A stretch of DNA of 64,000 bases from an uncultured virus (IMG/VR IMGVR_UViG_3300021256_000067). Taxonomy: Duplodnaviria; Heunggongvirae; Uroviricota; Caudoviricetes. The stretch is from IMG/VR virus record IMGVR_UViG_3300021256_000067; one strand, given 5' to 3'. Below are positions 58,794-64,000 of this stretch, in pieces; the stretch's first letter is position 1; every line of letters starts with the position of its first letter. A program made the position numbers and the translations under genes. The notes under the pieces are model-generated. The model made no database searches and was not told the origin of the DNA. It was given only the letters and a program-made list of their open reading frames with translations.

Positions 58794-61475
58794 ATGTCTA
58801 ATAATATCAATAGTTTTGCAGAAAATATGAATGCCCTTGTAAGGACATCTAACAATCAAATGCAAATTTTAAATGCCTTACAAAATAGTCTTATAAATAA
58901 TTCTGCCACAACATATATTAATATAACAGACCCTAATACAGGAAATATGCTTAGTTATCAAATTCCTGCATTTCAAGGAGTTATTAATAGACTTGAAGGA
59001 GTAGAAAATTCCATAAAAGCTTTATTATCTGGAAATGGCATCGCTGAATTAAATGATGGAACATCAAGAGAGATTCAAATAACGCCATTGGCTAAAATAC
59101 CTACCAGTATATATATGTCAAGCTCTCCAACTACATTTAATATAGACAGTAATTGGTTTTTCGAGGACTTAATGTTTCCTGGAATAACTGTTAAAGTAGA
59201 TTTAAAAGGGCAAGTAGACCTTAAATCTGACAGAATAAGAGTAAAACGAGTTATACTCGATTCAAGAGTTACAGCAAATCAGAATATATGGTATAATAAC
59301 ATTGAAAATTCTTCTATGTCCTATTTGGATCTTATCTCATTATTGAATAATTCAAATATAGAATATTCAGAAGATGAAGAGACATTAGAATTTCCATTAG
59401 TAAATCGTTCATATCAAGGAGAATTTACAATTCAATCAAGTACAATTATTAATAACCGAATCTGGTATACATTAGACACATTTAATTATTATGAAATAAC
59501 TATTAATGGTACAGGTACATCTACCTCAAAAACATTAGCTATAGGAGATTTATTGTCATATAATAACACAGTTCTCCAGATTGAAAATATCAATTATGCA
59601 GAAAACAGGGTATTGTTTAAATATAATATCGGTGCAGAACAACCAGGCATTAATTCATATCTTGAATTTTATGAAGAGCCATTTCCAACTAAAGAACTAG
59701 ATATACGAGTAGGCATTCATGAATTTAATATAATATACTTTAAGCCTATTAATGAAACATTCAATTTATTGGCGAGCAGCTGGGGATATCCAATGACATT
59801 TTATACAGATGATTTAACAAATTCTGACGGAGTGTCTTTGGCGACATATTATGCAAATAATATAGTTGACTGGGGCTCTATGATGATTGCTGAAGCTAAA
59901 GAAAAGACTATCAGTGCATTTGAAGGCGTTACTCCTAATGCTCCTGTATTATCACAGGATAATTTCAGTGTTGTTAAAATCAATACTCAAATTAATGCTG
60001 CATTAGATTTAACAGAATTCAAAAATATAGTATCATCTATTGATAATGTTAAATCAGATATTAATTCTTTGAGATCAACTATTGCAGCACAAAAATCCGA
60101 TTTACAGAATATTAATAATTTAGTTGAATATAAAAATGTTCAAGAACAAATTAACATAAACACTCTTGAACTTACTCAAACACAAAATAGTTATAGATCA
60201 TTATTAGCACAAGCCCAAGATTTATTAAAAAATAATAATTCTGTAACAACACCTCCTAAATATCATATCCGTGGATTCTTTCCAATTCCCGCTCCTAAGA
60301 TGAATATTTCATCTTCAAGCATTAAAACAACTCAACAGATTATAGGATTTGAAATTCAATACAGATATATCAAGGAAGATGAGACAGGTGTAGATTTGAA
60401 AGCCTATACTTATATGGATATGGACGGTTTCTCAGAGGTTACCGGTATATATTCTGATTGGAATATAATGCGAACAGCTGTATTAGAAAAAGCATATAAT
60501 GAAAATACAGCCGCATATGAATGGGTAAATGAATCTATTGCAGACGGTACAAAGATTAATATCAACCAAGTAGATATTCCTATATCAAAAGGTGAAAAAG
60601 TAGAATTCAGAATTAGATCTATTTCTGAAGCCGGATGGCCTGGAAATCCACTTAAATCCTCATGGTCGAATTCTATTATTATGGAATTCCCTTCAAATCT
60701 TGTCACATCATCAGAAGCAGAAAACCTCATAGAATCAATTAATAATGAAAATGGCACAGCTACAGTTGATAATGTTCTTAATTCATTAGGTGTATATACA
60801 CACTTAAATGATTCTATGCCGAATATTAATTCTGTTAACGGAATATATTATAAACACCAAGCTGCCAATATATCGTATGAATTAACCAAAATGGCGGATG
60901 GTGTGAATAAAACTATCGAGACTATAAGTGTTCAAGATGCCATTGACAGGGTTATTGATGATAAGTACAGTAATGTCTATACTAAATCAGAAATTACAAA
61001 CCTCGCCAAAGAATGGGGAACTGTTTATATTAAAACAACTACATCTGCTGATGGATATCCAATTCCCGTATATGAAAAAGATACAAGAAAAGTTTATTAT
61101 AATAAAATATACTTAACAGAATTACGAGACGCAAGTAATAACTTCACAGCATATGAGGCATGGATTCTTGATTTAGAGTCAATAGATTTAAATGGTGATG
61201 GTTATATTACAGCGGCTGATGTAACTAAAGCTATTGAAATAATGAATAGCGATTTAACTATGGCAAATGTCATGAAAGTCCATAGTATTGAAGACTTTAT
61301 TCTCGGACGTACAACTGTTAAGGATTACTGGAAAAAGATAAAATTTGAATCATCTGCCCAAAGTGATTTAGAATATAAGATAAATGCTTTGACTGATGAA
61401 TTTAATAATATTAAAAACTTATTGAATAATATTATTGATAATATTAATACTGGAACCCTTCCAACACAATCATAA
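58794..61475 (+). CDS. large putative structural protein with coiled coil, FN3-like segment and dockerin/EF-hand-like motif
   Basis: 893 aa; VEFRIRSISEAG..S.WS; DLNGDGYITAADV. Confidence 0.7.
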   Translation: MSNNINSFAENMNALVRTSNNQMQILNALQNSLINNSATTYINITDPNTGNMLSYQIPAFQGVINRLEGVENSIKALLSGNGIAELNDGTSREIQITPLAKIPTSIYMSSSPTTFNIDSNWFFEDLMFPGITVKVDLKGQVDLKSDRIRVKRVILDSRVTANQNIWYNNIENSSMSYLDLISLLNNSNIEYSEDEETLEFPLVNRSYQGEFTIQSSTIINNRIWYTLDTFNYYEITINGTGTSTSKTLAIGDLLSYNNTVLQIENINYAENRVLFKYNIGAEQPGINSYLEFYEEPFPTKELDIRVGIHEFNIIYFKPINETFNLLASSWGYPMTFYTDDLTNSDGVSLATYYANNIVDWGSMMIAEAKEKTISAFEGVTPNAPVLSQDNFSVVKINTQINAALDLTEFKNIVSSIDNVKSDINSLRSTIAAQKSDLQNINNLVEYKNVQEQININTLELTQTQNSYRSLLAQAQDLLKNNNSVTTPPKYHIRGFFPIPAPKMNISSSSIKTTQQIIGFEIQYRYIKEDETGVDLKAYTYMDMDGFSEVTGIYSDWNIMRTAVLEKAYNENTAAYEWVNESIADGTKININQVDIPISKGEKVEFRIRSISEAGWPGNPLKSSWSNSIIMEFPSNLVTSSEAENLIESINNENGTATVDNVLNSLGVYTHLNDSMPNINSVNGIYYKHQAANISYELTKMADGVNKTIETISVQDAIDRVIDDKYSNVYTKSEITNLAKEWGTVYIKTTTSADGYPIPVYEKDTRKVYYNKIYLTELRDASNNFTAYEAWILDLESIDLNGDGYITAADVTKAIEIMNSDLTMANVMKVHSIEDFILGRTTVKDYWKKIKFESSAQSDLEYKINALTDEFNNIKNLLNNIIDNINTGTLPTQS

Positions 61476-61492
61476 AATTTTATTACTGAAAT

Positions 61493-64000
61493 ATGCCTTC
61501 TGATAATTCAAACTTATATGAAAATATATGCAATAAATTAAACAGTATTATCTCTTTTAAAAATAATATAAAGGGATATATGGAAACATATATCACAGAC
61601 GGAAATCCTACAGGAATACATGATTTATCAGAAATATCAGAAGATAAACCGGATAATGAATTATTAAATAAGGGTTATTTACCAGATTATAATATCCTTT
61701 TAAAAGATTATTTAAATGCAAAATATATTCCGGATCCAAGTTTACTCAGTAAAGCTAAATTAAATACTGATAATTTAGAAGTTATATCGAGAAGTTTGGA
61801 ATATCTAATAAATTTTAAAGGGGATTCCAGCGCCTATATAAATGGCATAGAACCAAATTTATTAAAAGGATCTAAACTTTTATCTGATTATGATTTTGCC
61901 ATAAATGATTTATTATTAGGAGACAGTACAGAATTCGGAGATGAATTGAAACATCAATTAATGATGGTCGGAGGACCTGGATTTATAAATTCAGAAGATA
62001 TAACAATAGAAGGGTTTTCAAGTTTCAGTGAATATAAAAATTATATTTTCAATTATTCAGATCCAAATAATGACGGATTATACAGAAAAATTGAAAATAT
62101 TAAGAATTTAGATCTTTTAAATGGACAAGGACTATTAAATATCATAAATGGAACTATAGGGTTAAAACCTGTAAAAAAAGAAAATGAAAAAAAATATAGA
62201 TATATTTTTGTAGATTATATTAATCATGAAGCTGAAAAGATTATAGAAGAAACAAACAATAATATAATTAAACAAAAATATTCTATTACTAGCCGCACTC
62301 CTAACAACTATACAACATCATATACATATAATTTCGAAGATACAGGATTATATTACGGGAATAATATATTAGAACTGAGAAACGGAAAATATGTATGGAA
62401 GTCCGAAAGTTTTAAATGGAAGGCAATTCCTGTAAAATATTATAATGAAACTATATTTGATGAAAATAATCAATTAATAAATTATGAACAAGATAGGTGT
62501 GCTATATCATACGGTTCTAATAAATCTAATACTAATTTTGATGTTAAACTTGGAGAGACAGATATGAAATTCAGGAATGATTTATTATCTTTTATAAATA
62601 CACATCCAGAACTCGCAAGTGAACATACACAATATAAATTAATAAAAATAGCGGAAACACATGAATTCAGAAAAGTATCGATGCTGTCTCAATCATTTAC
62701 ACATAGTGATGCATCCACAACTAAAACGATAGATAATGTTTCTTTTTCATTTCCTACTCAATTACATTATAGCACAGGATCTAATTTTTATGTAGATGTA
62801 TCCACAAAATATAAAACTACATCTAAAAGTTGGGTGACTGCCATTAACGGTACAGTTTGTAATTTCCATTATGGAGATGTTTCTATTTTAAATGTTACAG
62901 CTTTAACAGGATATACGTTGTCTTTATCAAATCCTTCATTAAATCCGAATAATATCAATACTACAAGTATTGATATATCTGTTAATCTTAATCCTTCTAA
63001 TGCAAATGATTTAATATCTGAATATGAATGGGATGTTTCTATATTAACTCCTCAATATATTTCATTAAAGAAAAAAGAATCAAAAAAATTTACAATTAAT
63101 ATTTTATCATCTTCAGAAGAACATACAGCGTCATTATTTGTATATAATACACATAATCCATCAATAAAATCTAGTCCATTCAATCTTAATGTCCAAAGTG
63201 ATTTATGGAGTGGAAATAATGGTCTTATACATCTTAAATTCAGAATTATTCTAGACGGATTTTTTGGAAATTCTACTGATGGTAAATATGGTTCTTTTGA
63301 TTGGGGAAGAGATGGAGGCTCATCTGCACAATGGAAAGAAATAAAATTATTTTTCGGAAACGGAACAGCGTCATCAGTATCTAATAGACCTATATATAGA
63401 TGTAAAATGCAAGAACCTAATGGAGAGCAGAGAATATTTGAATTATCATTTAAACAATTATATGAAATGTGGCATAAAACTGCATATACAGGTTCAACTG
63501 CATTAAATTTATATTTTAATACCGGAAACAGTACTACTCCATCACGTATTATAATAGCTCCATCTCAAACTACAGGAAATATAAATCTAGGGAATGAGCC
63601 TAAATTAGGTATAGGTTATATAACTTATCCTAATATTACTAATAATTCTGAAATTGAATATAATAATTTCGAAAATAGATATACACCTTCAAAAATTATC
63701 GTTCCATTTAAACCTCATGATAGTTATAAAACATCATTATTTATAATAGATCCATCTGTATTTGAAAAATCAAGTCTTCAACCATATAATTATGTTATTG
63801 GTTCTAATGGATCATCTGTTTCAGACCCTACAGGATTTCATATACCTGTTCCATCAACCGCAACAGCTACTAATAATGTAATCTTTATTCCTACAGGATC
63901 AGATTTAAATTTAAATGAAATTCAAATACGAACAGAAAGATATTCTTCGACTAGCAGTAATCCGGTTAAACAAGAATATAGACTCAGTTATATATTATAT
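61493..64000 (+). CDS. large putative structural protein, runs off the window (>830 aa)
   Basis: ATG at 61493 (MPSDNSNLYENICNKL...); in frame and open where checked at both ends; absent from the ORF track, consistent with no stop in the window. Confidence 0.75.
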   Translation, partial: MPSDNSNLYENICNKLNSIISFKNNIKGYMETYITDGNPTGIHDLSEISEDKPDNELLNKGYLPDYNILLKDYLNAKYIPDPSLLSKAKLNTDNLEVISRSLEYLINFKGDSSAYINGIEPNLLKGSKLLSDYDFAINDLLLGDSTEFGDELKHQLMMVGGPGFINSEDITIEGFSSFSEYKNYIFNYSDPNNDGLYRKIENIKNLDLLNGQGLLNIINGTIGLKPVKKENEKKYRYIFVDYINHEAEKIIEETNNNIIKQKYSITSRTPNNYTTSYTYNFEDTGLYYGNNILELRNGKYVWKSESFKWKAIPVKYYNETIFDENNQLINYEQDRCAISYGSNKSNTNFDVKLGETDMKFRNDLLSFINTHPELASEHTQYKLIKIAETHEFRKVSMLSQSFTHSDASTTKTIDNVSFSFPTQLHYSTGSNFYVDVSTKYKTTSKSWVTAINGTVCNFHYGDVSILNVTALTGYTLSLSNPSLNPNNINTTSIDISVNLNPSNANDLISEYEWDVSILTPQYISLKKKESKKFTINILSSSEEHTASLFVYNTHNPSIKSSPFNLNVQSDLWSGNNGLIHLKFRIILDGFFGNSTDGKYGSFDWGRDGGSSAQWKEIKLFFGNGTASSVSNRPIYRCKMQEPNGEQRIFELSFKQLYEMWHKTAYTGSTALNLYFNTGNSTTPSRIIIAPSQTTGNINLGNEPKLGIGYITYPNITNNSEIEYNNFENRYTPSKIIVPFKPHDSYKTSLFIIDPSVFEKSSLQPYNYVIGSNGSSVSDPTGFHIPVPSTATATNNVIFIPTGSDLNLNEIQIRTERYSSTSSNPVKQEYRLSYILY

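Overview
AT-rich, densely coding segment of a very large T4-like (jumbo/mega) phage, most likely infecting Bacteroidota (Prevotella-like, reminiscent of Lak-type megaphages). Host inference rests on six TAnnTTTG (-7 type) promoters and a tmRNA with a Bacteroidota-style tag (GETTYALAA). The long ORFs read in standard code 11. Layout: (1-2.8 kb) end of a structural-type gene and a PG-binding amidase endolysin; (2.8-32.7 kb) a minus-strand block of dozens of small accessory genes with several paralogue families and RNA-repair enzymes (Rnl2-like ligase, two HAD phosphatases); (32.8-44.7 kb, 50.6-53.9 kb) proteins sharing an 'LNE-x-L-x-x-W...G[IL][IL]' leader, including a 1429-aa BspA-LRR protein carrying five copies of the motif at module boundaries (candidate polyprotein), plus a tmRNA and a split adenine methyltransferase; (44.8-50.4 kb) 19 canonical tRNAs interleaved with a group I intron in a chimeric tRNA and many non-canonical tRNA-like or structured RNAs; (51-64 kb) T4 gp13-like neck and gp4-like head-completion genes and large putative virion proteins. 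All family assignments are by eye from motifs; no database search or folding program was run.
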